DNA of 64,000 nucleotides, from NCBI GenBank assembly GCA_934153675.1, contig CAKPFG010000002.1, forward strand, positions 32,692-96,691. The letters run 5' to 3'. This stretch comes from an uncultured Bacilli bacterium (GTDB lineage Bacteria; Bacillota_I; Bacilli_A; RF39; UBA660). Under the pieces are notes generated by a model. The model was not told the origin of the DNA and did no database searches. It was given only the letters and a program-made list of their open reading frames with translations. How positions within the stretch are numbered: the stretch's first letter is position 1; every line of letters begins with the position of its first letter. A program made the translations under genes and the position numbers. Below are positions 1 to 9,683 of the stretch, one piece after another.

Positions 1-685
1 CTAGTTTTTTAGTAGCAGTAAGAAAACCTTTTTTTGCTCCACCCTTTTTAACTAATCCTAATTCATAAAGAATAGTTGTAAAAGCAGTTTCTATTGATTT
101 TGATATTTCATCAATAGCACTTATTCCTTTAACTCCATCTTTGGTATTTCTTAAAACTGTAATAAAATTATACAATTCATAATCTTTACCATAGACATTG
201 TATTTTGCATCTTTAAAAATTGGGTCATAATTTGTTTGTGGTGATACATAACTAGGTTCAACATATTTTAATGCTTTAAACTCATTTCTATATTTTTCAA
301 TATAAACATAAGCACCTTTATTGGTAAGGTAATCATTTACAATTGATTTTTTTAATTGAAATGGGTCAAGTAAATCACCTGTATCTTGATTTAATATATA
401 TAATCTATTATCATCAAGAACTTCTTCAATTTTTCTATTACCTTTATCATCTGTAACATATTTATACATTCGAATAGGTAACATTGCAATCAAGTTTGAT
501 ATTCTATCAACTGCACTTGATACTGCAGGAACTGAAAGTGCCTTATCTCTTGTTATTTTTTCACCTCTTAATAAACTTTTTAAAAGTAAATCTTGAGGTG
601 TATCTGTTGTTTGTTCAGTTGTTTCATTTGATGTTGACTCTGCACTTTGTTCATCTCTTTTAAATATTAAATCTATGATTGACAT
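1..685 (-). CDS. Phage portal protein (partial, N-terminal part; gene runs off window)
   Basis: ORF starting at ATG 683-685 (RBS aggtga) immediately downstream of terminase large subunit; translation MSIIDLIFKRDEQSAESTSNETTEQ...; position and length typical of portal. Confidence 0.55.
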   Translation of the reverse strand, partial: MSIIDLIFKRDEQSAESTSNETTEQTTDTPQDLLLKSLLRGEKITRDKALSVPAVSSAVDRISNLIAMLPIRMYKYVTDDKGNRKIEEVLDDNRLYILNQDTGDLLDPFQLKKSIVNDYLTNKGAYVYIEKYRNEFKALKYVEPSYVSPQTNYDPIFKDAKYNVYGKDYELYNFITVLRNTKDGVKGISAIDEISKSIETAFTTILYELGLVKKGGAKKGFLTATKKL

Positions 686-797
686 GTTTTCACCTCTTTT
701 CTTTCAAAAGTAAAAACAGACATTTCTGCCTGTTTCATTTTATTTCATTATCTCACATTTACATTATAACATAATATGAGTGTGAAAAATGTGAAAG

Positions 798-2543
798 TTA
801 AGCAACTTGAACAAAAAAGTTTCCATTTTCAAGAAATACTTCTTGTTGCAATAAATAAATACTATTTATAAGTGCTACAACCATATCTATTTTTCCATTT
901 GATTTCTTTTTATTAACATATCTATTCATATTTGTATCAAAAACACATCTTGCATTTTGAAAATTAATTTCAAGTAATTTATTATCTTCATATCTAAACT
1001 TACCATCCATTATTTTTTCATACAATAATTTTGTAGGTGGATGTAATGTATCAGAGTGTTGTCTTATTTGAACTGTCTGATATTTTTCATCCCATTTTTG
1101 AGCAGATGATAATGCATTATATCTATCATATCCTATAGCCATAACAACAACATCATATTTTTCTTCTATTGCAAACACAAAATCTTCAATAACTTTATAA
1201 TCAACTGTTTTATCACCACAAGCGATGCATTTCATAGCATTAATAAAATCATAATAATTAACTTTTTCAAATTGATTTTTTTCTTCTATTCTTCCCTCTG
1301 GAATAAATGATATTGCTTCTGCTAATATTACATCATCATCATTACTTGTCATTGCTACTGCACAGTTATCATTAGTCATAGCAAGGTCAACACCAATATA
1401 TACTTCTTTACCTGACCAATCAATTTTATCAACTTTGCATTTTTGTACTTCTGTTACATCTACAAAACTTTCAGTTCCTGCACCTTGATAAATAATATTA
1501 CAATGTTTTGTAAGAAAGTTTTCTCTCTTACTTTCCATTTCAATTGCTTTAGTTCTTTTATCTAATAAATCCCTAAATACTGCTTCAACTTCAATTGCTA
1601 ATGGATTTGATTGTAAAATAATATTATCATCATTAGTCCAATTTTTAGTTTCATTAGGTTCAAACAACAATGCAAATACTTTTTCATCATCGATTATATC
1701 ATCCAATACTTTTTTGGCATAAGTTGTTTCAGTTTCCATTGGATTATCTACTGTAGGATATTTAGTTGAAATAATAAAACCTAATTTATTAAATACCAAT
1801 AATTGTCCTGACCTCATCGCTTCAATGGCATAATCTGTTGGTAATGCACCCACCTCATCTGCAACAAATACATTTGGTTCTTTACCATCCATTCTATCTT
1901 TTGAATAATTTAAAGGTGTATAAATTGTTTCAGTTAAACTATGTCTGATACAATCTCTTAATATTTTAAATTCACCCTCTTCAAAGACACTTGTATTTGC
2001 TTTGATTAATGGTTCTAGTGCTTTTTTAATTTCTTTAGCCAATGCTCCATCAGGTGCAACTGAATAGAATTGAGAATATTTTGGTTCAAGGTAAAATAAC
2101 AATAATATTACAAGTGCAACTATAAATGTTTTACCATTCTTTCTGCATATCTCTAGTATTATTGTTTCATATCTTCTTTTATTTTTATTATCTCTATACA
2201 CAGTACAAAGACTAGCAACTATAATAAGCCATTGATATCCTGCCAATGCTTCATATATTTTTCGACCTCTTTTTATACCTTTTGCCATTACTAATATTTT
2301 TAATATTTTATCTATTCTTTTCAATCTGCTAATATCAATTATATATTTGCTAGATTTATTATCTGCAATATCTAAAAATATCTTACATTGTTTTTTAACA
2401 TACTTTGGCGATATAAATTGTTTTTCACCATTTAATTCATAATACAATGGTGGTGGTTGTAATGTTCCATCAACTATCTTTTTAGCATAAATATAACTTG
2501 GATGAAGTTCTATATTATTGTTCTTCATTGTCATCATCTTCAT
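798..2543 (-). CDS. terL: Phage terminase large subunit (true start probably a few codons inside the ORF)
   Basis: 581-aa ORF, terminase ATPase/nuclease architecture, follows small subunit and precedes portal. Confidence 0.85.
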   Translation of the reverse strand: MKMMTMKNNNIELHPSYIYAKKIVDGTLQPPPLYYELNGEKQFISPKYVKKQCKIFLDIADNKSSKYIIDISRLKRIDKILKILVMAKGIKRGRKIYEALAGYQWLIIVASLCTVYRDNKNKRRYETIILEICRKNGKTFIVALVILLLFYLEPKYSQFYSVAPDGALAKEIKKALEPLIKANTSVFEEGEFKILRDCIRHSLTETIYTPLNYSKDRMDGKEPNVFVADEVGALPTDYAIEAMRSGQLLVFNKLGFIISTKYPTVDNPMETETTYAKKVLDDIIDDEKVFALLFEPNETKNWTNDDNIILQSNPLAIEVEAVFRDLLDKRTKAIEMESKRENFLTKHCNIIYQGAGTESFVDVTEVQKCKVDKIDWSGKEVYIGVDLAMTNDNCAVAMTSNDDDVILAEAISFIPEGRIEEKNQFEKVNYYDFINAMKCIACGDKTVDYKVIEDFVFAIEEKYDVVVMAIGYDRYNALSSAQKWDEKYQTVQIRQHSDTLHPPTKLLYEKIMDGKFRYEDNKLLEINFQNARCVFDTNMNRYVNKKKSNGKIDMVVALINSIYLLQQEVFLENGNFFVQVA

Positions 2544-3015
2544 TCAATATATCCATCAAAGTTTTCTTCTTTGTTGGAGTCGCATTGATTGATATTTTTG
2601 CTCTTGCTTGTGGTGATAATGACAATTCATTACAACATCTAAAAAAGTCTTTAGAGTACATATCCCTAACAGACTTTAGATTTATAATAGTTTTAACATC
2701 TAACTTATCTTTTACTTTACCATCTTCATCAGTTATCTTACTAGACTCATTTATCTCTTTTTCAAGACTCTCTAATCGTTCAATTGTGATTGCAGTTTGA
2801 TTTAATAAATAAGTATCTAAATTACTTAAAATATCTTGATTAAGATTATCTAAGATGTCTTTAAAAATTGCTTTTTGTCTTTTGTTAAGATACTTGAATG
2901 GTTTTATTTTATCATTAGCACCTCTTAATTTTTTTTCACTTTCTTCTCTTTCTTTTCTTTCCTTTTTACTCATTTTCATTGAGTTCGTATCAATCGCTTT
3001 TGCAGGTCTTGCCAT
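2515..3015 (-). CDS. terS: Phage terminase small subunit
   Basis: Small basic protein just upstream of terL; RBS ggaggtga before ATG (MARPAKAID...). Confidence 0.7.
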   Translation of the reverse strand: MARPAKAIDTNSMKMSKKERKEREESEKKLRGANDKIKPFKYLNKRQKAIFKDILDNLNQDILSNLDTYLLNQTAITIERLESLEKEINESSKITDEDGKVKDKLDVKTIINLKSVRDMYSKDFFRCCNELSLSPQARAKISINATPTKKKTLMDILNEDDDNEEQ

Positions 3016-3123
3016 GATTATCACCTCCTATTTTTTTCAACAATTGATGGAAAATTTTCATTTTAGGCATTTTTTACACTTTTAGGGGATGCGTAGGTTT
3101 TGAAAGTTTTATAAAATTCTTAA

Positions 3124-3561
3124 TTAAAAGGCAGGGGGGATGGTTGCTCCACCCTCTACTGCCTCTACTTCTACTTTTATTTTCTTTAAATCACAATCTT
3201 CTTTAATTAATTCTTGCAATATTTTTCTTGGTATGACATTATTATCACTTAATTTATGATGATAACAACACAAAGTTATAAGGTTTTCATCATCTAATCT
3301 TCGGGAATAATCTTCTTCTAATGGAATTATGTGATGAACTTCTAACTTGTTGAAGTTATAAATACTAGAGGTATTATAGATATCTGCGATGCAACATCTA
3401 CATAAATGTTTATCTCTATTTCTTATATCTTCACTCTTTTTATGCCATTTATAAGTTTTTCTGAACTTATCTGCATCTGTTAAACCTCTAACCTGTCTAT
3501 TCTTATAGCATGTCTTATTAAAATCGTGTATCTTTCCACACCTACTACAACTCTTTAGCAT
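3124..3561 (-). CDS. HNH endonuclease (packaging-associated)
   Basis: HHIIPLEEDYSRRLDDENLITLCCYHHKLSDNN motif with Cys pairs; position beside terminase. Confidence 0.85.
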   Translation of the reverse strand: MLKSCSRCGKIHDFNKTCYKNRQVRGLTDADKFRKTYKWHKKSEDIRNRDKHLCRCCIADIYNTSSIYNFNKLEVHHIIPLEEDYSRRLDDENLITLCCYHHKLSDNNVIPRKILQELIKEDCDLKKIKVEVEAVEGGATIPPAF

Positions 3562-3733
3562 AAAAACATCTCCTTACCTAAAATTAAGCATAGCACCTTT
3601 CTATGCTTATATGAGAGTACGATAGGAGATAATTGATACACAGAAAGGAAAAAAGGTGCTATATTTTTTCTCATACTCTCATATAAACACAGAAAAAAGA
3701 CAACATATTAGTTGCCTTACTATTCACCATACA

Positions 3734-4138
3734 TTATAACACAATTTTAGTGTGAGTTTTGTGATTTTTACTGAATATAATAACTTCCAATCCATCTTGT
3801 AGTTGCGATAATAACTCTCTAATATCTTCTTCATATTCATCATAATCTTCTAACCAACTACACAAAATAAATGCATTACTATCATTTTTAAATATAATAT
3901 GGCATCCATCAATTCCTTTTAAAAATGTTGGAAAAGAACACCATGTTCTTTGTGGTCTTAATTCACTACATCCATTAATTATTAACATAAAATTATAATT
4001 GCTATTATTAAAATAGTCTTTTAAATTACTTATATCATTTTCTGATAATTTTTTTTCAGTATTATACCAACAATATGCATCTTTTTCTTTATTATAATTT
4101 TTAGTTATAAATTGCTTTATTTTTCTTGTAATCATCAA
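3734..4138 (-). CDS. Hypothetical phage protein
   Basis: ORF in phage gene array. Confidence 0.5.
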   Translation of the reverse strand: MMITRKIKQFITKNYNKEKDAYCWYNTEKKLSENDISNLKDYFNNSNYNFMLIINGCSELRPQRTWCSFPTFLKGIDGCHIIFKNDSNAFILCSWLEDYDEYEEDIRELLSQLQDGLEVIIFSKNHKTHTKIVL

Positions 4139-4322
4139 TTACCTCCATATCGAATATTGTTAATTGTTTATGTTCTATGGTAGCGACATTATTGTCGGTA
4201 GCACCTATTTCTTTTCTACATTTAGGACATAAACACTTATTATCAATTCCTTTTAAATAATCAAATTTTCCACATCCATCACATTTATCTTTAAATCTAT
4301 TCTTGTGGCATTTCATATACAT
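4101..4322 (-). CDS. Hypothetical phage zinc-ribbon protein (two CxxC pairs)
   Basis: CDGCG...CPKC motifs. Confidence 0.45.
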   Translation of the reverse strand: MYMKCHKNRFKDKCDGCGKFDYLKGIDNKCLCPKCRKEIGATDNNVATIEHKQLTIFDMEVIDDYKKNKAIYN

Positions 4323-4638
4323 AACTATCTGCTAATTCTATTTTTTCCAATCTCTTATCACCTACAATATAATCTTCTTCAAATTGATTTTTAACTTGTT
4401 GCATCATTTCTGCATTTAATAAACAATCAAACTTAATTATTCCTCTAGGTGAATAAATTTTTTGTATTTCATCTAATATTTCTAATGCTCTTTTTTCGGT
4501 TTTATATCTACCAACATGTCCGACATTTTTTATTCCAATGAATGAGTCATCAGTATCAGTAAAACCATTAGCAATAAATAATCCATCATTAACTTTTAAT
4601 AACTGTTTCTTATCTTGACTTCTAATCAATAATTCCAT
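4297..4638 (-). CDS. Hypothetical phage protein
   Basis: ORF in phage gene array. Confidence 0.5.
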   Translation of the reverse strand: MELLIRSQDKKQLLKVNDGLFIANGFTDTDDSFIGIKNVGHVGRYKTEKRALEILDEIQKIYSPRGIIKFDCLLNAEMMQQVKNQFEEDYIVGDKRLEKIELADSYVYEMPQE

Positions 4639-4849
4639 TTTTTACCTCCTTTTACTACTATAATGAATTTAACAAAATGACATAAGTCGGTTAAATTCAC
4701 TTTTTTAATTCAAAATGTCATTTTTTCCTAGATTTTACAATCATTTTCCTGTTGTCAGGAAAATGTTATTTTTTATTTGAATTTACAAACTCTCATTTTG
4801 TAAAATTAGTAGTTTTTAATTTAAGTGATATGCTATTGCATACCACTAT

Positions 4850-5479
4850 TTAACTTCCTAAATAAAAGTTCTTTCTTTTAGTATTTTTATCATTATTATC
4901 CCAACATATATATAATAATGTGACTCTTTCGTTAGAGTGATTTAACATTTCTTTTAATCCTATGATGTCGCCTGTTTCTTCATAGTATGACCTTGCAAAA
5001 TATTTTCTTAATGAGTGGCATCCAACAGGATATCCTACTTTTACCTCATCTGATAATTGTTTTATAACCTGCCATGCTCTTTGTCTTGTAATTGGCATAT
5101 TAATACCTTTTCTACTCTTAAATAAATATTCACCCTCAATTAATTCATTTCTATTAATATAATCTGCTATATCCTTTGCTAATGATGGATGTAATTCAAA
5201 TGATTGTTCTTTATTTGTCTTAAATTCTCTTGTATATACAGAACCATTTTTAAAATTATCAACTTTTAACTGTAAAATATCCTCAATTCTAAAAGCAAGG
5301 TTCATACCAATAACTAATATCATATAGTTTCTATCCCATAGATATTGTTGCTCTTCATTGCCATCATCTTCTGCTTGGTTTCTTCTTTTTTTACAATTGA
5401 TTATCATATTATCAATATCTGCTTTTTTAAATGGTTGCACTGTCTTTCTACCGAACTTAATTCTAAAAGTCCTACTCAT
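4850..5479 (-). CDS. Small tyrosine recombinase (phage-integrase-family catalytic domain only, no arm-binding domain)
   Basis: R...HSLRKYFA...LNHSNERVTLLYI catalytic signature (R, H-x-x-R, H, Y); RBS ggaggtga before MSRTFRIK. Confidence 0.7.
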   Translation of the reverse strand: MSRTFRIKFGRKTVQPFKKADIDNMIINCKKRRNQAEDDGNEEQQYLWDRNYMILVIGMNLAFRIEDILQLKVDNFKNGSVYTREFKTNKEQSFELHPSLAKDIADYINRNELIEGEYLFKSRKGINMPITRQRAWQVIKQLSDEVKVGYPVGCHSLRKYFARSYYEETGDIIGLKEMLNHSNERVTLLYICWDNNDKNTKRKNFYLGS

Positions 5480-5483
5480 TTCA

Positions 5484-5747
5484 TCACCTCCTATTTTTTC
5501 TCTCATTATTCAAGTAGTTTAGAAATTTTATCATTTCTAATAAAGATTTGTCATCAAATACTGTTTCATCATCAGGATAAAAACAATATTTCCTCCATCG
5601 AGAGTTGTATTTGACATATCCTAGTTTTATAAATTCATTTTGTTGATTTGTTATTTCATATATTGGTGTTTTTCTTCCATCAATATATTCAGGGAAAGCA
5701 GTCATATATTTACCTAACTTCATAAATGTTATTCCAATACTATTCAT
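5484..5747 (-). CDS. Hypothetical phage protein
   Basis: ORF. Confidence 0.45.
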   Translation of the reverse strand: MNSIGITFMKLGKYMTAFPEYIDGRKTPIYEITNQQNEFIKLGYVKYNSRWRKYCFYPDDETVFDDKSLLEMIKFLNYLNNERKNRR

Positions 5748-6007
5748 TTCATCACCTCATTATCTAATTTTCTACCACAAAAAGGGCAATAATTAATATC
5801 AACATATCTTGCACCATCTAAAGTATCTATCATTAACCCTGCTTTTTTATCTGCTTTGCCTTTTAATATAAATAATTGAAGATAGTCTTGTAATAAACAA
5901 CTTCTGCTTTTATAACCTGCAGTTGGTTTTAATTCTGCTTGAGTGATTGGTTTTCCTGAAATATGATTATTAGACTCTTGACAATAATTACATTTATTCA
6001 TATTCAC
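5744..6007 (-). CDS. Hypothetical zinc-finger protein
   Basis: CNYC...CPFC pairs. Confidence 0.45.
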   Translation of the reverse strand: MNMNKCNYCQESNNHISGKPITQAELKPTAGYKSRSCLLQDYLQLFILKGKADKKAGLMIDTLDGARYVDINYCPFCGRKLDNEVMK

Positions 6008-6305
6008 CTCTTAATAATTTATCTAAGTATTTTTCATCAGTATTTTTATAATCTACTTGTCTGCCTGTTTCAAAAAAATATTGAAGCATCGCTTTTGCAC
6101 AAGCACAAGGTAAATCACTACCATCACAATAATCACATGCATACCAATAACCACAAGCATTAAGCCCTGTTAAATCACTTTCTTTTCTAATTTTATCACT
6201 ATCACAATAATTTTGAAATGCCTCTTTCCATTTCTTTTTATCATAATCAGTAACTACTGTTCTATCTATATATGGTGTATCATCAAACAATTTATTTTTA
6301 TCCAA
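5994..6305 (-). CDS. Hypothetical Cys-rich phage protein
   Basis: ORF, multiple Cys. Confidence 0.45.
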   Translation of the reverse strand: MDKNKLFDDTPYIDRTVVTDYDKKKWKEAFQNYCDSDKIRKESDLTGLNACGYWYACDYCDGSDLPCACAKAMLQYFFETGRQVDYKNTDEKYLDKLLRGEYE

Positions 6306-6416
6306 ATTGTTACCTCCTATCGATTATCAAAATATAAATAAACTATCAATCCTATTAAACCAATTAACCATCCAATATCAAACCAAATTATAAATTTTAC
6401 TACTTCTGCATCCATA

Positions 6417-6965
6417 TTAAATACTGTGTGGAGTTTCTACATATACAAATATTGCTTTTTTATAAGGAAGATTATTAGTTATTCTTGTTGCATCCTCTTC
6501 TGACATATCATCATTATTATCTAATAAATACTCTATATAATCTTCTTGTTCATCTTTATAAACAATATTCATATCATTCCACCCATAAGGTTCAACTGTG
6601 GCATATTCTTTAATTTTTGCTTTTCCAAACTCACCCATCCAATAGCCACAATCACCACCTACTATTTCATAATCAACATAAGCATATATTGGTAAATTAG
6701 GATTATTTTTAATTAATTCTATAAGATTATTATTATTTATATCATTGTTTATATTTTCAACAAGTTCCATAGTAAATTTAATATTTTTACTTTGATTTTC
6801 ATAGTTAAGTGTATTACAATAATATTTCGCTTTATCTTCTTCATAAATACCTGCTTCTTCTATTTCCATAGTTGGTATAACTCTTAAAGTAGGTTCTATA
6901 TCAAATACTATTGCTTTAACATAACCATAATTATCAATTCTAATTCTATATAATTTATTTTTCAT
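6417..6965 (-). CDS. Hypothetical phage protein
   Basis: 182-aa ORF. Confidence 0.5.
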   Translation of the reverse strand: MKNKLYRIRIDNYGYVKAIVFDIEPTLRVIPTMEIEEAGIYEEDKAKYYCNTLNYENQSKNIKFTMELVENINNDINNNNLIELIKNNPNLPIYAYVDYEIVGGDCGYWMGEFGKAKIKEYATVEPYGWNDMNIVYKDEQEDYIEYLLDNNDDMSEEDATRITNNLPYKKAIFVYVETPHSI

Positions 6966-6988
6966 TTTATTTTCCTTTCTTATATATC

Positions 6989-7234
6989 TTAAAATGGTAT
7001 AGTTGTTGCTAATATTTCTATAATTTGTATATCAGAGTTATTTTTATGTACCAAATCATCAGTATATGTTTTTTGATAATACTCTAATTTAGTATCAATA
7101 CTTTTGTTGTAATTCATAATGATTTCAGGTTCTTCTTGATTAGGCATTTTTAATTTAATAACCATATCTAATCCTTTTTCTTTAACATCTTTAAAGAATT
7201 GAACCATTTCTTTCATTGTTAGTTTATCTTCCAT
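6989..7234 (-). CDS. Hypothetical phage protein
   Basis: ORF. Confidence 0.4.
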   Translation of the reverse strand: MEDKLTMKEMVQFFKDVKEKGLDMVIKLKMPNQEEPEIIMNYNKSIDTKLEYYQKTYTDDLVHKNNSDIQIIEILATTIPF

Positions 7235-7519
7235 CTATTTCACCTCGATTTCTTGATATGTTTTTAATATTTCATCAAATTCTTTAGATGTTTCTTTTAA
7301 ATTACATAAATAATAAATAGATGCATCTTTATTAAATGAAAATACTTCTTTATATAAATTTTCAGTAAATCTTCTATCTTTTGCATATACTGTTACCTTA
7401 TCTTTTCTAGGTATAATATGTAAATCAATACCTCTTATCAATGCTCTACCTTTAAAAATGTGTATAACTTTTTTATATAAATAATTATTAATAATCTTTT
7501 CTATTTTTCTTTCTATCAT
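7235..7519 (-). CDS. Hypothetical phage protein
   Basis: ORF. Confidence 0.4.
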   Translation of the reverse strand: MIERKIEKIINNYLYKKVIHIFKGRALIRGIDLHIIPRKDKVTVYAKDRRFTENLYKEVFSFNKDASIYYLCNLKETSKEFDEILKTYQEIEVK

Positions 7520-7678
7520 TATCTATACCTCCAATATTTTTGACATATTTCATTATCAAAAAATTCATTTAATGGCATTGTTGAACACTTATAATCAATA
7601 ATAAAATCATTCACCTCATAGATTATGAAACACACAAAGGCAAATATAAATAAAATCAATAATATTAATAATATATTT

Positions 7679-7900
7679 TTAATCTTTTTGTTCATTTTTA
7701 TCCTCCTTTGGTTTTACATAGGTAATTCCTTTATCATTCTTATCTCTTGAAGTAAATGATATTTTACATAGTTTACTTTTGGCTTTAAAATACTTTTGTT
7801 TTTCTTTAAAATCCAATTTTGCAACTTCTTCTTCTGATATGTTAGTTATTTTTAATAATTCTTGTAATTTCTTTTCTCTTTTAATAGCATCATTTATCAT
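7679..7900 (-). CDS. Hypothetical phage protein
   Basis: ORF. Confidence 0.35.
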   Translation of the reverse strand: MINDAIKREKKLQELLKITNISEEEVAKLDFKEKQKYFKAKSKLCKISFTSRDKNDKGITYVKPKEDKNEQKD

Positions 7901-8246
7901 TTTTGCTTACCTCCTCATTAATTCTTTCTATTTGTCTATCAACTTTAAATTTCATAATTTCCTTAACATCTGCATCAGAAATGTTATAGTATAATTGCAT
8001 TTGTTTTAACATCACCATTACATCTGCAATTTCTTCTTTAATAGCATCTGTAATACTAACTGCTTTTCTATTATTTAAACTAGCCATAATTGGCTCTAAT
8101 GCATTACATACAATATCAATGGGGTTTCTTTTCCTTTCTTCATATTGAATAACTGCTTCATTTAATTCAAATATTTCACTTTGAAAATACTTTAATTGTT
8201 TTTTAATTCCATAGTAATTAATTATTTTTCGTAATCTCTTATTCAT
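7890..8246 (-). CDS. Putative MazG-like nucleotide pyrophosphohydrolase
   Basis: About 118 aa with EIFELNEAV and EEIADVMVML acidic helices typical of small phage MazG-like proteins. Confidence 0.35.
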   Translation of the reverse strand: MNKRLRKIINYYGIKKQLKYFQSEIFELNEAVIQYEERKRNPIDIVCNALEPIMASLNNRKAVSITDAIKEEIADVMVMLKQMQLYYNISDADVKEIMKFKVDRQIERINEEVSKNDK

Positions 8247-8355
8247 ATAGCATAGTCCTTTCTTTTCATCTGCATAATTAAATCAATTTTAAATTTATCT
8301 TTATTATCTCTATAACAAATACCTTTATAGGTATCTAGGCTAGACATATAACCAT

Positions 8356-8631
8356 CTAAAAGAATTGTGAGGGTTCAATGTTTTCCATAATGATTTCACC
8401 TTTATAGACTCTATAAACTAATTCAATTGTTCCATAAACAAATTTAAACTCTTTTGATGCTTTTAATTCTCTACGATATATACCATCAGGAACTGATGCA
8501 TCTAATTCTTTTTTAACTTTAAATATTAATTGTTTATAGGCAATAGGACAATATATTTTTAGACTTCTTAACTTTTTATTAAAATCATTCTCATCTATAT
8601 ATAAAAGTCGCATTGTATTCCCTCCTTTCAC
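8356..8631 (-). CDS. Hypothetical phage protein
   Basis: ORF. Confidence 0.4.
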   Translation of the reverse strand: MKGGNTMRLLYIDENDFNKKLRSLKIYCPIAYKQLIFKVKKELDASVPDGIYRRELKASKEFKFVYGTIELVYRVYKGEIIMENIEPSQFF

Positions 8632-8870
8632 TACTTTTCACCTCTTAATAAAGATTTTAATGTCTTATTTTTGGCTCTTAAATTCTTATTTTCCTTTCTT
8701 AATCGTGATATCTCACTTGGTTCTTGTAATTTTTCCATAAATGTTTTAAATAATTCATCTTTGATTATATCTTCTAATGCACCTTTTTCTACTTCTAATG
8801 AATTTATTTTATGGATTAATTGAATTTTACTGAAACTAAAGATGTCTTTGATTTTCATTTTATTCGCCAT
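8631..8870 (-). CDS. Hypothetical coiled-coil phage protein
   Basis: ORF. Confidence 0.4.
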   Translation of the reverse strand: MANKMKIKDIFSFSKIQLIHKINSLEVEKGALEDIIKDELFKTFMEKLQEPSEISRLRKENKNLRAKNKTLKSLLRGEK

Positions 8871-9267
8871 CTTCTCTTAACCTACCTTTCAAATACTTTT
8901 TTAAATGATAATATGGGGTAGTTCTTTCAAAATTAAGTTCTTTACCTATTTGATGCCAATTCTTGCCATCTATAAATCTTGCTCGGATAATTACTCTGAC
9001 ATTACTATCCTCGATTGTTTCAAGAAAATTTTCTATCTTTAATTGTTCATCTAATAACTTATCTTGTTTCTTTTTAAGTATCATTTCTAATTTTGATTTT
9101 TTAATAACTAAACTTTCCACAGGATTACCAACATGTCCTGAACCTTGTGGCATTCCTGATATTTTTGGACTTCCAATCGTTGTATCATCTAATTCTTTTA
9201 AATTTGCTTTTATTTGCTCTATTTCAAGTTTTATTACATGATACTTTGATAATTCATCTATTGTCAT
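8860..9267 (-). CDS. Putative phage transcriptional regulator with sigma-70 region-4-like HTH
   Basis: C-terminal RVIIRARFIDGKNWHQIGKELNFERTT resembles a sigma region-4 HTH. Confidence 0.4.
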   Translation of the reverse strand: MTIDELSKYHVIKLEIEQIKANLKELDDTTIGSPKISGMPQGSGHVGNPVESLVIKKSKLEMILKKKQDKLLDEQLKIENFLETIEDSNVRVIIRARFIDGKNWHQIGKELNFERTTPYYHLKKYLKGRLREDGE

Positions 9268-9683
9268 TTCATCACCTCTTTATATTCAATTTCTTTTATT
9301 TGATTGTAATTTAATGCTTTAATATCAGATATAACATCATTTGGTATATTTTCAGGAAATTCTTTGTGTAATGAATACCAATCAACCATATCTAATAAGT
9401 ATTTTTTATTTTTAGGATTACTATTTTCAATTACTTCAATATAATAGTTTTTTAGACTCTTTCTATATTCATCTATAATATCTGCTAATGTAGGCATAAA
9501 CTTATTATTTCTAATAATTACTTTAATAGCATTTAGTAAGGCAATAGGATGAAAAATACCTAATTCTTCCTGATATAAACTTACTAATCCTAGAAACTCC
9601 TCATCGGTCAAATCTTTAAAATAGTAAGGGTAAGCAATTTTAAATTTTGCTATAACAATACTAATTAACTTTGATTGTTCCAT
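9264..9683 (-). CDS. Phage replication protein (partner of replisome organizer)
   Basis: Translationally coupled downstream of replisome organizer. Confidence 0.4.
   Translation of the reverse strand: MEQSKLISIVIAKFKIAYPYYFKDLTDEEFLGLVSLYQEELGIFHPIALLNAIKVIIRNNKFMPTLADIIDEYRKSLKNYYIEVIENSNPKNKKYLLDMVDWYSLHKEFPENIPNDVISDIKALNYNQIKEIEYKEVMK

Noticed and set aside
2498-3085. Plus-strand ORFs 2498-2800 and 2855-3085
   Set aside because: Antisense to terminase small subunit; low-complexity translations.
5345-6163. Plus-strand ORFs 5345-5614 and 5963-6163 in prophage
   Set aside because: Antisense to the consistently minus-strand phage gene array.
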